Counted from the first letter of the whole stretch, positions 1-14,198 are shown. The stretch: 63,548 nt of DNA, filler included, from Pseudomonadota bacterium (GCA_043825735.1; 7 parts of 7 records of this genome joined end to end with filler, not necessarily neighbours in it), one strand, 5' to 3'. Notes: generated from the sequence alone by a model not told the origin. Numbers and translations: made by a program.

Positions 1-448
<448 letters not shown>

Positions 449-520
449 AATTGCAAACCGTTGCCGAAGCAACGGTAATTTAACTCTTGAGACCCGACCC
501 GACATAAATCGTCACTATTT

Positions 521-534
521 AGTTTTCAAAGATC
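521..534 (-). promoter_or_regulatory. rrn leader boxA-like antitermination site
   Basis: GATCTTTGAAAACT on minus strand between the promoters and 16S. Confidence 0.65.
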
Positions 535-589
535 AAACCCCGCTCCGGAGAGCGGCGTGCCGTGCTTTCGGCACCTCGCGAAAAACGAC

Positions 590-876
590 TTTATAGCTTA
601 ATCGCCATTTTTCTGTCAAGACTTTTTTAAAGATCGAATTTTGAAGCAGGGCATCATTTTGCCCCCCTGAGAACCAAACTTTATACTCACAGAATTTATT
701 TCTGTCAATATTTTTTTGGTCCGCTCAGCGTTTTTCTGACAGCCGCCTTGACGACCTATCCAGGTGCCCAAGGTGCCAGTCTTACGCCGTATTCGTCTTT
801 GAGAGCAGCTCCAGGTGCGATTGGCATCCCGAAGTGTCGAAGCAGGTTTTATACATTTCTACTTTGAGAAAGTCAA
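590..876 (-). promoter_or_regulatory. Three tandem sigma70 promoters of the rRNA operon
   Basis: Minus strand: TTGACT-N17-TATAAA (876-848), TTGACA-N17-TATAAA (708-680), TTGACA-N18-TATAAA (619-590). Confidence 0.8.
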
Positions 877-985
877 CCTGTTTTTCATTTCCTTTCGCTG
901 ACCGTGACCGGGGTTGCACCACCGGGCTCAGTGAAGCGAAATGCCTTCTACATGTTGTACGAGGTTCGGTCAAGCATAAAGTTAA

Positions 986-2272
986 CTAACCGGTAACAAT
1001 TTTGTGGAAGCGCTTTTTCCCTGCCCGCAGAAAGATGGCGCCGTTTTTCAGATCAGCGTCAGATACCCGTTGATCGTGGACCGTAAGCCGTGCACCATTG
1101 ATATATGCCCCCCCCTGGGCAATGAGCCGACGGGCTGCCCCCCCGGAATCCACAAGACCGGCGGTGACAAACAGCTTAAATGCTGGCACGCCTTCTTGGA
1201 GTTCCTTCAGACTCACAGCCGTGTGAGGAACTGCGGTCTCCTCGTCCGTTCTACCTTTACGGGGGATGGTACTCGACGGCAGAAGCCCGGAGGGGATACT
1301 TCTGACCCCAAACATGTCCTGCGCCGCCTCCATGGCTTCGATGGCAGCTGTGGCACCGTGGGCAATCTGTGTGGCTTCGAAAGCCAAGACGGCCTTGGCG
1401 GCGTTGATATCAGCATCCTTCAGGTTTTCCACCTGACGGATCTCATCAACGGGCAAAAACGTATACAGCGACAAAAACCGTTTCACATCCTGATCGTCGG
1501 TGTTGACCCAGTATTGATAATATTCGTAGGGACTGGTTCGCGCCGGATCCAGCCACACCGCCCCGGCATGGGTCTTGCCCATTTTAATACCAGCACTGGT
1601 CATAATGAGCGGGAAAGTGATCCCGAAAGCGGTTTGCTGTTTCACCCTCCGGATCAGCTCGATACCCGCGACAATATTTCCCCATTGGTCGCTGCCACCC
1701 ATCTGGAGCAAACAGTCATGGGTATTGGCAAGTTCCAGGAAATCGTAGGATTGAAGCAGCTGATAATTAAACTCGATGAAGCTGAGCCCTTCCTCGGATT
1801 CAAGACGCATTCGGTAGCCTTCCGCCTTGATCATTCGGTTCACCGAAAAGTGGCGGCCGATATCCCTGAGAAACGCAATATAGTTAATCGGTACGAGCCA
1901 GTCCGCATTATTGAGCAACAGGGCCTTGCCCTCAGAAAAATCGATGAATCTGGCCAGCTGCATTTTCAGGGCCACGGCGTTTTCCTGCACGATTTCGGCG
2001 GTTAACACCTGTCGCATTTCCGTCTTTCCGCTAGGATCACCAATTAAGCCCGTGCCGCCCCCCACCAACGCTATTGGACGATGCCCATGGCGCTGCATGT
2101 GGGCCAGCGACATGATGGGCACCAGGCTGCCGATATGCAGACTCGAAGCGGTCGGATCAAAGCCGATGTAGCAGGTGCGTCCGGGGACGGCCAGGTACTG
2201 CTCCAGCTCGGCACCATGAGTGGTGTCTTCAATAAACCCACGTTCTTTGAGCGTATCGATCACGGTTGGCAT
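986..2272 (-). CDS. tyrS: Tyrosine--tRNA ligase
   Basis: YIGFDPTASSLHIGS (HIGH-like), GGSDQWGNI, KMGKT (KMSKS-like), C-terminal S4-like domain ending GKKRF. Confidence 0.98.
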   Translation of the reverse strand: MPTVIDTLKERGFIEDTTHGAELEQYLAVPGRTCYIGFDPTASSLHIGSLVPIMSLAHMQRHGHRPIALVGGGTGLIGDPSGKTEMRQVLTAEIVQENAVALKMQLARFIDFSEGKALLLNNADWLVPINYIAFLRDIGRHFSVNRMIKAEGYRMRLESEEGLSFIEFNYQLLQSYDFLELANTHDCLLQMGGSDQWGNIVAGIELIRRVKQQTAFGITFPLIMTSAGIKMGKTHAGAVWLDPARTSPYEYYQYWVNTDDQDVKRFLSLYTFLPVDEIRQVENLKDADINAAKAVLAFEATQIAHGATAAIEAMEAAQDMFGVRSIPSGLLPSSTIPRKGRTDEETAVPHTAVSLKELQEGVPAFKLFVTAGLVDSGGAARRLIAQGGAYINGARLTVHDQRVSDADLKNGAIFLRAGKKRFHKIVTG

Positions 2273-2287
2273 GTTTTTTCCTTATCT

Positions 2288-2551
2288 ACGGGTCTTTCTC
2301 TTTCAATTTGAGGAAAGGGTTCAAGGATTCAAGGGTTCAAGGGCTTGCCCGCCGATGCTTTGTGGCGGGTTCAAGTGACGGCATTGGGCGTCATGTGGTA
2401 TTCTGGCGGTTGGCCGCCGGCCCAGACGGCAAGTCGAGCCCCAGTCAAAACACGCTCTCCCTCTGAGGACGGCGCAAAGGCCTGCGGTTTGAAGGCACTG
2501 TGCCGTTGTGTTTTTCACTCGGCCCCTTGGACCCTTGAACCCTCGACCCCT
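2288..2551. repeat. Family A MITE-like intergenic element (inverted 8-mer tandem arrays), copy 1
   Basis: AAGGGTTC/AAGGATTC array at left, CCCTTGGA/CCCTTGAA array at right; internal GTGACGGCATTGGGCGT shared with copies at ~32200 and ~36080. Confidence 0.8.
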
Positions 2552-2553
2552 GT

Positions 2554-4116
2554 TTATTTGTTGGCGTACTCGACGGCACGCGTCTCCCGGATGACGGTGA
2601 CCTTGATCTGGCCCGGAAACGTCAGCGATTCCTCGATACGCTTGGCGATGTCCTTGCTCAGCAATGTGGCATCCTCATCGCTGATCTTTTCACTCTCAAC
2701 GATGACGCGCAGCTCTCTGCCGGCCTGAATGGCGTAAGTATTGGCAACGCCCGTAAAGGCCTTGGCGATGCCCTCCAGGTCTTCAAGGCGTTTGATGTAG
2801 TTTTCGAGCATTTCCTTCCTGGCCCCGGGTCTGGCCCCTGAAAGACCGTCTGCCGCCTGAACCAGCAAAGCGTACACGGAATTTGGCGGTACGTCTTCGT
2901 GATGGGCCGCAATGGCGTGGACCACCTTCGGCGCTTCGCCGAATTTCTTCGCCAGCTTAGACCCGATCAGTGCATGAGGGCCTTCCACTTCATGGTCAAC
3001 CGCTTTGCCCAAATCATGGAGCAAACCCATGCGCCGAGCGATTTTCTGATTCAACCCAAGCTCCGCGGCCATGATACCGCACAAAAAACCGACTTCAACC
3101 GAATGCTGCAGCACGTTTTGAGCGTAGCTCGTTCGGTATTTCAAACGCCCCAGATAGTTTACCAATTCGGGTTGAATCCCATGAACCTCCAAATCAAAGG
3201 CGGCCTGCTCACCGGCCTCTTTAATGGCGCCGTCCACCTCTAAGGTCACTTTTTTCACAACGTCTTCGATCCGAGCCGGATGAATGCGACCATCGGCAAT
3301 GAGTTTCATTAAAGACAAGCGCGCCACTTCACGCCGAACAGGATTGAACCCGGACAAAATCACGGCCTCGGGGGTATCATCGATGATCAGATCGATGCCG
3401 GTAGCAGCCTCCAGCGCGCGGATATTTCGCCCTTCCCTTCCGATGATCCGGCCCTTCATCTCATCATTGGGCAATTGCACCACCGATACCGTACGTTCGG
3501 CGACAAAATCACCGGCATATCTTTGAACCGCCACCGCAATGATTTTTTTGGCCTTTTTTTCGGCCTCCTCACGGGCTTCATTCTCGATGCGTTTGATCAG
3601 TTTCGCCCCTTCGTAGCGGGCATCGTTTTCCATCGCTTTGATCAGCAGATCCTTGGCCTGTTCCGAGGTCAATCCTGAAATTTTCTCAAGTTGCTGTTTT
3701 TGCTCAGCAATCAATTCTTGATAGCGCTCCTGCTGCTGAACGATCTCGTCCTCATGCTGCTGCAAATCTTTTTCTTTATCGGTCAACCCCTGCTCGCGCT
3801 CATCCAGCTGGTCTGCTTTTCGATCAAGGTTCTCCTCTTTTTCAAGCAACCGGCGCTCTTTCTTGTTTAAGGACCGGCGTGTCTCGGTTGTTTCCGAATC
3901 AAAATCGCTTTTCATCTTAAGCAAGCGATCCTTGACTTCAAGCTCCGCCTCCTTAACCAAAGCGTCACCCTGTCGCTCTGCAGTGGATACGATCCGCTGC
4001 GCCTCTTCTTCCGCAGCGCGCAGTCTCTGGGTCAAGGCTTTCCCCTTAAGCCAGTAGGCAACCAGGCCGCCAGCACTGAAGGCGAGTACACTAAACAAAA
4101 TCGTCACTGTATCCAT
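2554..4116 (-). CDS. rny: Ribonuclease Y
   Basis: N-terminal TM, coiled coil, KH motif MKGRIIGREGRNIR, HD motif LLHDLGK. Confidence 0.98.
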   Translation of the reverse strand: MDTVTILFSVLAFSAGGLVAYWLKGKALTQRLRAAEEEAQRIVSTAERQGDALVKEAELEVKDRLLKMKSDFDSETTETRRSLNKKERRLLEKEENLDRKADQLDEREQGLTDKEKDLQQHEDEIVQQQERYQELIAEQKQQLEKISGLTSEQAKDLLIKAMENDARYEGAKLIKRIENEAREEAEKKAKKIIAVAVQRYAGDFVAERTVSVVQLPNDEMKGRIIGREGRNIRALEAATGIDLIIDDTPEAVILSGFNPVRREVARLSLMKLIADGRIHPARIEDVVKKVTLEVDGAIKEAGEQAAFDLEVHGIQPELVNYLGRLKYRTSYAQNVLQHSVEVGFLCGIMAAELGLNQKIARRMGLLHDLGKAVDHEVEGPHALIGSKLAKKFGEAPKVVHAIAAHHEDVPPNSVYALLVQAADGLSGARPGARKEMLENYIKRLEDLEGIAKAFTGVANTYAIQAGRELRVIVESEKISDEDATLLSKDIAKRIEESLTFPGQIKVTVIRETRAVEYANK

Positions 4117-4380
4117 ACAACGCTCCTCATTGAGAATTAGTCCGTGTCATGAAAAAGCATCACCCAAAATTCATGGCCTTACAGTCCGAAAACAGCAGTA
4201 TCATCCCTTCCCGCATCCATCTCTTGAACGTTTTCTGCTGGTCAAGGATATTGTGCTGCTAATGGAAAAATTGAGAATCAAGTCCTATCAAAACGGAGAA
4301 AGAGAGAGACAGACAGGCTTGCAAGGAGGATATTGAACAAACGCGGTAAGGCGAACCCCATAAAGCGGAAAGCAAGAGAG

Positions 4381-4559
4381 ACCCCCTGCCATTGTGCCGT
4401 GTCGGTAGGTCTTAGAACCAAAGACCATTAAGTGGGTGCCCCGTTACCTCTTTAGGCTTTTCTGTACAAGCAGAACTTGCTCACCGAGGTAAGTGAAGGC
4501 TCCCGATGCCAAGGTGTTGGGTCAAAGAGCTTCTTCCAATCACGAACACGGCAGGGGGT
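4381..4559 (-). ncRNA. ssrS: 6S RNA
   Basis: 179 nt with complementary ends (ACCCCCTGCC...GGCAGGGGGT) predicting a long rod; lies directly downstream of zapA, the usual ssrS position; strand inferred from the operon. Confidence 0.85.
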
Positions 4560-4673
4560 AATCATATTCCGAAAACACACTCTGGATCGGTCAGATCTGA
4601 TGACGCATGATCATTCACTTCAGAATATCACGGGTTGTGTATCTCCACGACCGCCGGCCCCAAGCAACGTTAT

Positions 4674-5015
4674 TCATTGCGCCTGGGGGCAATGACCGAT
4701 TTTTGCAAGCCGCTCGGTCAGCTTCTGAATGCGGCGGCTCAACTCCTCTGTTAGTGCGGCCTGCGAGTTTTTTAATTCAACGTACGCATTGGCGATATTC
4801 AGTGCCGCAGACAACAGTAGGGCCATTTCATTCTTTGGGACAGGCTTGCCCGTCTCAGCGGTTTCAATCTGTCTCAATTCCTCGGCCAGATGCATCATCA
4901 CTTCCTCAGCGTGATCACTGGCAGAATCGGCCTGAAACGTATAAGCCCGGCCAAATAACGTGATGGTGTGGAGATGATTCACAATATGGTTACAACCCGG
5001 TGTAAATCTATTCAC
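4674..5015 (-). CDS. zapA: Cell division protein ZapA
   Basis: ITLFGRAY...LLSAALNIA motif and C-terminal coiled coil; start uncertain. Confidence 0.85.
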   Translation of the reverse strand: MNRFTPGCNHIVNHLHTITLFGRAYTFQADSASDHAEEVMMHLAEELRQIETAETGKPVPKNEMALLLSAALNIANAYVELKNSQAALTEELSRRIQKLTERLAKIGHCPQAQ

Positions 5016-5259
5016 TCAGTGCGTCTTGAGACTGCTCTCCCAATTTTGCCAGGAGGCCATCAATTCGGAAACGGACCAGATCCCTCTCTTGGGCATACTG
5101 CGCAACCGCTTCAGATTTCACCTGAAGTTCCTGTTCTAGCCTCTCAATCTTTTCAAATAACTCGATATTTTCCTTTTTTAGTACCGCATAAGCGCCTAAA
5201 AGCTGGTCAATTTTCTGTTCAACTTCGTCAAAATATTTGATTATTGAAACGTTATCCAA
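5008..5259 (-). CDS. zapB: ZapB-like coiled-coil protein
   Basis: 83-aa coiled coil ending ERDLVRFRIDGLLAKL, directly upstream of zapA. Confidence 0.75.
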   Translation of the reverse strand: MDNVSIIKYFDEVEQKIDQLLGAYAVLKKENIELFEKIERLEQELQVKSEAVAQYAQERDLVRFRIDGLLAKLGEQSQDALSE

Positions 5260-5334
5260 AGCAGACCTCTAATAGTACCTTTAGTATATAGCCGTTCGGC
5301 CGATTGAAAGTCAACCATTTTGGAATTGGCCATC

Positions 5335-5531
5335 CTGCTTATGCACAGTCCTCAAATTGACGTTACCCGCAGCACTGCGTGTGAACCACGAAGGCCACGA
5401 AGTGCACGAAGAAAACCTGAAAAACAAGTGTGTTAGAAAACCTTCGTGCCCTTCGTGAATTTGGTGGTGATCAAAAACATCGGGGGCTGCCGAGGCATCT
5501 GTGCAGTTACTTGAGTGTTGTGCATAACCAG
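5335..5531. repeat. Family B MITE-like element (TIR CTGxTTATGCACA; internal CACGAA 9-mer inverted arrays), complete copy
   Basis: CTGCTTATGCACAGTCCTCAA at 5335 pairs with TTGAGTGTTGTGCATAACCAG ending 5531; CACGAAG x3 and TTCGTG x2 inside; second copy at 31242-31385. Confidence 0.75.
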
Positions 5532-5587
5532 CCTGGCCATTTCGGCCACGCGCAGTGGGATTTTCGACAGTCGCGATGGCCTTGATT

Positions 5588-6340
5588 TTAGGTGCGATTT
5601 CTTAGGGTTAATGTACCCTCAACCCGCGCCAAATCCTCGAGTGTGTTGATTCCGACCACCTCTTGAAGGCCAGCACACGCCTCGATCCCTACACGCCAGC
5701 CGGCGGCGCAGCCAATCTGGACAATATCGGTAAGGTAATATTCGCCCTGGGCATTGTGGCACTGAATCTGCGCCAACCCGATTTTCAGCAGCGACTGGCG
5801 TATACAGTAGATACCTGCATTGACCAGAGTTATTTCACGCTGCGCGTCTGTCGTATCCCGTTCTTCGACGATGCCGGTAAAGCGCCCTTCCCGGTCGATG
5901 ATGATCCTGCCGTAACCGGTGGGATCTGGCATACGGACACACAATACGCTGACATCCCTACCGCTGGCATGGTGCCCATTGACAAAAGCCGACAGGGTCT
6001 CTTTCGATATCAACGGCACATCACCGCATAACACGACAACGGTCTCAACCGATGAGGCGATCTGAGGCAAGGCGCATTGCAGCGCATGGCCGGTGCCTAA
6101 CTGCTGGCGTTGTTCGACAAACCGCGCGTCGGCCATCTCAGTAACAGCCTTACGCACCGCTTCCGCCTGGTGTCCCACCACAACGACGACACGTTCCTTA
6201 ACCAGCTGCGAGGCCGTGTCCACCACGTATTGGATCATGGGCTTTCCAAGGAGCGGATGGAGGACCTTGGCCATGTCAGATTTCATGCGGGTGCCTTTCC
6301 CCGCAGCCAACACGACAATGGCCGTATGATTCAGATTCAT
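5588..6340 (-). CDS. GlmU-type nucleotidyltransferase, uridyltransferase domain only
   Basis: LAAGKGTRMKS, QQLGTGHA, GDVP, GYGRI, EYYLTD motifs; ends before any hexapeptide domain; likely start ATG at 6340. Confidence 0.9.
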   Translation of the reverse strand: MNLNHTAIVVLAAGKGTRMKSDMAKVLHPLLGKPMIQYVVDTASQLVKERVVVVVGHQAEAVRKAVTEMADARFVEQRQQLGTGHALQCALPQIASSVETVVVLCGDVPLISKETLSAFVNGHHASGRDVSVLCVRMPDPTGYGRIIIDREGRFTGIVEERDTTDAQREITLVNAGIYCIRQSLLKIGLAQIQCHNAQGEYYLTDIVQIGCAAGWRVGIEACAGLQEVVGINTLEDLARVEGTLTLRNRT

Positions 6341-6510
6341 TCCCGGAGCACTCCTTGTTGGACGGTAATACCCGTGCCCGTCATGAGGATCAATGATAAA
6401 ACAACGGGGCAAACCATTCCATGGTTTGCCCCGCTTTGTTTTTCTCACAGACAACGATTGCGCCCATACGATCGGGCCTCAACGATCCGCGCGGCGGACA
6501 CCGTTGGTTC

Positions 6511-6924
6511 TTAAATGCGACGGCTCTCGGCAATCCGCAGGCGGTAGAGGGCCCTTTCCAGTGCTGCCTTAGCCCTCAAAAAATCGAGATCTTCCTTGGC
6601 CTGAGCGATGCGGGCCTGTGCGCGTTCCAGAGCCGCCTGGGCCCGGGCCTGGTCGATGTCCTTTCGGCGCTCTGCAGATTCAGCAAGAATGGTGACTTTA
6701 TCGGGAAGGGCTTCAGCAAATCCGCCGCTGAGGAACACAAACCGCTCCTTGCCGCCGGCATCGGTATATCTAAGCGCTCCTGTTTTCAGTGTGGTCATAA
6801 ACGGCGTATGCCCGATCAGCACACCGAATTCACCCATGGAACCGGGCGAAACCACCATTTGCACATCCTCGTTGACAACATCCTTTTCAGGCGTGACCAC
6901 TTCGAGTCGAATATTTCCAGCCAT
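6511..6924 (-). CDS. atpC: ATP synthase F1 epsilon subunit
   Basis: LEVVTPE, GEFGVLIGHTP, SGGFAE motifs; operon position. Confidence 0.97.
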   Translation of the reverse strand: MAGNIRLEVVTPEKDVVNEDVQMVVSPGSMGEFGVLIGHTPFMTTLKTGALRYTDAGGKERFVFLSGGFAEALPDKVTILAESAERRKDIDQARAQAALERAQARIAQAKEDLDFLRAKAALERALYRLRIAESRRI

Positions 6925-6942
6925 TGCTTCCCCTTCCGGCGA

Positions 6943-9266
<2,324 letters not shown>

Positions 9267-9326
9267 ACTCTAATATCCTCACTGCTTTTCAATGAGTTGG
9301 GTGTCGGGTGGACCTAGGTGGCGAAC

Positions 9327-10843
<1,517 letters not shown>

Positions 10844-10844
<1 letters not shown>

Positions 10845-11395
10845 CAGACGCTCTCACCCCTTTTTAAAGATTCTTTCATATTAAGCAGTTGCGTTCTAAT
10901 GCTGCCATCCAATACGAGATCCCCGATCCGCGTAACAATACCGCCGATCAGGCTGGGATCCTGCTCAACCTCCAGAATAATATCTTTACCTGTCTTTTTT
11001 GACAGGGTTGCCCGAATCTTCTCAACGGTCTCGGACGAAAGCGCCACCGCCGAAACCAAGCTGGCTCTGGCAATGCCCTTTACCTCATCGGCCAGCTTTT
11101 TGTAAAAATCGTTGATGCTTGCCAGGAACCCGATTCTGCCCTTATCAAAAACCAGCAGCAGAAACGCGCGCATGACTTCCGACAACGTCAACGTTGAAAT
11201 CACTGACTGCAACACTTTTTTCCGTCCGGCGGCATCATAGAGCGGATTTCTGATGGCCAGTTCGAGGTCACTGTTTTCTTTGATCAAGCCAGTGATATGC
11301 TCAAGCTCATCTCTGTATGTTTCAGCGTTGCCATCCGCTTGCCCGATGAGCATCAGTGCCTTGGCATACCGCCGTGCAATCGCCAAATTCTTCAC
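10844..11395 (-). CDS. atpH: ATP synthase F1 delta subunit
   Basis: [16 protein letters not shown]...DGS. Confidence 0.96.
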
Positions 11396-12021
11396 TATGC
11401 CACCACCTTCTGTAAGTATTCATCAACAAGTTTGCTCTGATCATCAGATGATATCGCGTCCGTGATCAATGCTTCGGCTTTAGCCAGCGCCTCATCAACG
11501 ATTTCCCGCTTCAGTTGTTCTTTGGCCTTCAAAAATTCATGCGCAATATTCTTTTTCGCCTGCGCTTCCATCTTCTCGGCCGTGGATTCAGCCTCTTTCA
11601 AAATGCGCGCTTTGGCGCTCTCGCCCTGCTTGATATATTCGTCAACAATTTGTTGTGCTTCGGTTTCGAGTTTGGCCAGTTTCTCACCGTAGGAAGCGAG
11701 TTCGGCTTCGGTGGCTTTCTTTTTTGCCTCGAGTTCTTCCAACTGTTCACGGATGCCCGCAATGCGACCGCTCAGGGCCTGCGCCACGGGCTTTTTAAGT
11801 AAAAACACCAGTGCAATGGCGAGCACCGCAAAGTTCATGACTTTATACGTGTCGGTGGCCGCCCAATGGGAGCCGCCGCCGCCGCCCCCGTGTTCGGCTG
11901 CAGTGCTTTTTTCCCCGCCACCGCCGGAGGCCAGCGCGGCACCGGGCATCGCCATAAAAATCAAGGCCGCGAGGCATGTCAGGGCAATTGCCCATTTTCG
12001 GCAATCAAAATGAATCTTCAT
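11395..12021 (-). CDS. atpF: ATP synthase F0 subunit b with signal-peptide-like N-terminal extension
   Basis: KVMNF TM segment then coiled coil; ATG at 12021 overlaps the upstream stop (TGATG). Confidence 0.9.
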   Translation of the reverse strand: MKIHFDCRKWAIALTCLAALIFMAMPGAALASGGGGEKSTAAEHGGGGGGSHWAATDTYKVMNFAVLAIALVFLLKKPVAQALSGRIAGIREQLEELEAKKKATEAELASYGEKLAKLETEAQQIVDEYIKQGESAKARILKEAESTAEKMEAQAKKNIAHEFLKAKEQLKREIVDEALAKAEALITDAISSDDQSKLVDEYLQKVVA

Positions 12022-12548
12022 CAAACCGCCCTCCCCAGAATCTTTTCGCATACGGCATTGGCAAATGTGTCCAGTTCCGACCGCAATGCCTCCCTGACCT
12101 TGCTGATGTCCTCAGCGACCTTGCTCTTTGCGGCAGCCAACTCGTTTTTCGCGCTTTCATTAATCCGATCGACGATTTCCTTTTCTTCAGCGGAGGCTTC
12201 GTTGATCATGATTTCTTTTTGTTTCTGTCCTTTGATTCGCGCCGCTTTGATACCCTCAGCAAAGGCTTCCTGTTTTGCGCCGGCATTTGCCTCAGCCGCC
12301 TCGATACCCTTTTCCAAGCCGTTGATCTTTTCTTTCCTCTGGATGAGAATGCGCCGGATCGGCCGATACAAAATAATGTTCAAGACCCAGATGAGAAAAA
12401 GAAAGTTAATGATCTGAATGAACAAAGATGGATCAACGTCAACCATACCACCGGCAGCGAGTGCTTCAAAAGGCACCGCCAGCACGATCAGGCCAGCAAT
12501 GCTTGTTTGAGTCAGTGCCCGTTTCCGGCAACCAAAGAGCATCTTCAT
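12021..12548 (-). CDS. ATP synthase F0 subunit b'
   Basis: SLFIQIINFLFLIWVLNIILYRPI...R motif and coiled coil. Confidence 0.9.
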   Translation of the reverse strand: MKMLFGCRKRALTQTSIAGLIVLAVPFEALAAGGMVDVDPSLFIQIINFLFLIWVLNIILYRPIRRILIQRKEKINGLEKGIEAAEANAGAKQEAFAEGIKAARIKGQKQKEIMINEASAEEKEIVDRINESAKNELAAAKSKVAEDISKVREALRSELDTFANAVCEKILGRAV

Positions 12549-12720
12549 CTAACCGTCCTCCGCAATCTCTTTTCACTGTGCACTGGCAAAAGGCTCCGGA
12601 TTGCCCATGAACGTTAACAGACGTTAACGCGCCCCTCATCCACTGCCCATGTGTCTGAAAAAAAAGAAACCTGCCGCCGCCCCTAAACGAAGAGAATGGG
12701 CTCTACTGGAAACCCACGCG

Positions 12721-12750
12721 TCTATAGCATTTAGATAATTTACCTGTCAA
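12721..12750 (-). promoter_or_regulatory. Putative sigma70 promoter of the atp operon
   Basis: TTGACA-N18-TATAGA with TGn extended -10 on minus strand. Confidence 0.5.
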
Positions 12751-12931
12751 AGGTTTTTTATACAGCAATTTCCCCGTCTCCGGGGCGGGAGAATGAGAAT
12801 ATTAACAACGATTTAAGCATGTTGGAAACAGGCCGCTGCAATAGGGGCCAAACGCAGCCCTTCGTTGCCCCTCCCGACGCTGATCCGACGTCAGCGGCTG
12901 AACGCGATTTTCCGTTGCGCCTCGCCCGCAC

Positions 12932-14035
12932 TTACTCAAACAAAAAACGCCGCATGCTGACATTGAGCAGCATCCCAATGCCGATCATCACGGTAATGAT
13001 TGACGAGCCGCCGTAACTGATGAACGGCAGGGTGACCCCAACCACCGGCAACAGCCCCATGACCATCCCAATATTGATAAACACCTGCCAGAAGATCATG
13101 GCCGTAACACCCACCGACAAAATGGTGCCAAAGGGATCGCGGCAATGCTGAGCGATGTTGAGCGCCCACAGAATCATGAAAAGGAACAACAGGATCAATA
13201 CGCTCGCGCCGATCAGCCCCCACTCTTCGGCCAGGACTGAAAAAATAAAGTCGGTATGCTGCTCCGGCAGAAAGGACAGGGCATTCTGGGTTCCTTTTAG
13301 GAATCCCTTGCCGCTGATCATCCCGGAGCCGATAGCGATTTTTGACTGGATAATGTGGTAGCCCGCCCCCAGCGGATCCCGATCAGGATTGAAAAAGGTG
13401 AGGATGCGCTGTTTCTGGTAACCTTTGAGAAAAAACCACACCGCGGGCACGGACACCGTGCAGCACGATACCAGCGCAATCAGCGTGCGCCGCTCGATCT
13501 TTACAAAAATGGTGATGGATACGGCGATCAGTGCCATCACCATTGCCGTTCCCAGATCGGGCTGCCTGACGATCAGCAAAAAGGGAATCAGGGTCAGCGC
13601 CATCGGTTGAAGCAGTTCCCTGAAGGTCAGTCCCCGGGCGTTTGCCACTTTTGCGAACACGCGTGCCAAAACGATGATCACCGCGATCTTGACCAATTCC
13701 GAAGGCTGCAAAGAGGCGGGCCCCAATGCCAACCAGCGTCTTGAACCGCCGACCACTTTGCCAAAAATCAACACCCATACCAACATGGCGATGCAGGCGA
13801 AATAGATGACATAGGCCCACCGCTCCAGGGTTTTGTAGCTGAACAGGAAAGAGACCACCATCCCCACGGTGCCGCATCCAAACCATATGAGCTGTTTAAT
13901 GAACAATGGGTTTTGCGAAGAAGCGCCATCCGAGGACACGGCACTGTAGAGGGTAATCACGCCCGCGATGCCGATGGCCGCAGTCAGCGCCAGCAGCCCC
14001 CAGTCAAAGCACTGCGCCAAACGTCTGTCAAACAT
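12932..14035 (-). CDS. rodA: Rod shape-determining protein RodA
   Basis: QPSELVK, QPDLGT, LPEQHTDFIF, LPFISYGGSS. Confidence 0.97.
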   Translation of the reverse strand: MFDRRLAQCFDWGLLALTAAIGIAGVITLYSAVSSDGASSQNPLFIKQLIWFGCGTVGMVVSFLFSYKTLERWAYVIYFACIAMLVWVLIFGKVVGGSRRWLALGPASLQPSELVKIAVIIVLARVFAKVANARGLTFRELLQPMALTLIPFLLIVRQPDLGTAMVMALIAVSITIFVKIERRTLIALVSCCTVSVPAVWFFLKGYQKQRILTFFNPDRDPLGAGYHIIQSKIAIGSGMISGKGFLKGTQNALSFLPEQHTDFIFSVLAEEWGLIGASVLILLFLFMILWALNIAQHCRDPFGTILSVGVTAMIFWQVFINIGMVMGLLPVVGVTLPFISYGGSSIITVMIGIGMLLNVSMRRFLFE

Positions 14036-14044
14036 CGTTCACCT

Positions 14045-14198
14045 TTTGCTGTTTTCTCTGTTGTTTTTCACTCGAACCCCTGTCGCTGTTAAGCCGTATA
14101 GGCGCAACCCTCGGACCCTTGGCCCCTATTCATCGACCAACTCTTTGAAAGATGATCCGGTTTTTAAAACCTCCGTGTTCTCCGTGAACGCCGTGGTT
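14045..14198. repeat. Family A right-half copy with nested 31-bp insert, followed by a half 9-mer array (CTCCGTG)
   Basis: TTGTTTTTCACTCGAACCCC...CGGACCCTTGGCCCCTATTCATCGACCAACTCTTTG matches ~18880-18945. Confidence 0.8.
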
